A stretch of 64,000 bases of DNA from Squalus acanthias. Taxonomy: Eukaryota. Of the stretch, positions 63,681 through 64,000 are shown one piece after another. Each line of letters begins with the position of its first letter. The stretch's first letter is position 1. The notes under the pieces were generated by a model. It did not search any database. It worked only from the letters and a program-made list of their open reading frames with translations, and was not told the DNA's origin. The position numbers and the translations under genes were made by a program. The stretch lies in NCBI GenBank assembly GCA_030390025.1, contig CM059432.1, positions 54,500,001-54,564,000 on the forward strand. The letters are read 5' to 3'.

Positions 63681-64000
63681 CTGTTTCTCTTTCAACACGG
63701 TGTTGTTGGAACCATTGCTCCTCAGGCAGTGTCTGTATGGCAGAGAGCTTACCCAGCACTCGAGTACAAGGTGAGTTGCTTTGCATGAAATCATTGCACT
63801 GCTGGTGCGCAATTAATGAAGCTACTAGATCTCTAGAGGCACCATGAAGCCAAGTGATAGATTTTTTCAGCAGAATCAGCCCTTAAAAGCAGAACCTCTC
63901 TATTTAATGAAACAGCTTTGGAGATGCTGCAAAGAACCATGGCCCATTTTGGAGCTGAGAAACAACCTTCTGTGAAGAGCAGCACCATAGCAGCCTTGGT

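Larger units (their letters stand above)
62767..63690 (-). mobile_element. Non-coding mini Penelope-type insertion (~177 bp excluding the nested MITE) with inverted hammerhead arms
   Basis: 14-bp TSD TTCAACACGGTGTT (62753-62766 / 63691-63704). The arms meet at 'gtcag-tt-ctgat' ~63647. Confidence 0.85.

Noticed and set aside
1..64000. Prokaryotic genes, rRNA, CRISPR or defence systems
   Set aside because: The sequence is vertebrate repeat-rich DNA with no operon-like coding density.

Overview
This is repeat-dense vertebrate nuclear DNA, intronic or intergenic. It is most likely from a cartilaginous fish (shark), inferred from HE1-like V-SINE, Deu-domain SINE, LF-SINE-like relics and CR1 LINEs with an esterase ORF1. 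No host protein-coding gene can be identified, and nearly all ORFs in the track come from transposons or are spurious. Retroelements: many CR1 LINEs (two near full length), L2 and another non-LTR family, a young GC-rich Gypsy element (39341-43696) with ~97% identical LTRs, solo LTRs, and Penelope-type insertions carrying minimal hammerhead ribozymes, including a ~177-bp non-coding double-hammerhead unit. DNA transposons: four two-gene-type PIF/Harbinger elements, one with an apparently intact spliced Myb/SANT gene, and many Harbinger-type MITEs. One MITE family has five copies carrying promoter motifs, tandem splice donors and covarying hairpins. Elements nest up to five layers deep. Three short local duplications were copied 0.7-0.9 kb to the right, and a few weak microexon candidates lie on the minus strand. 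All family names come from motif recognition by eye, not database searches.
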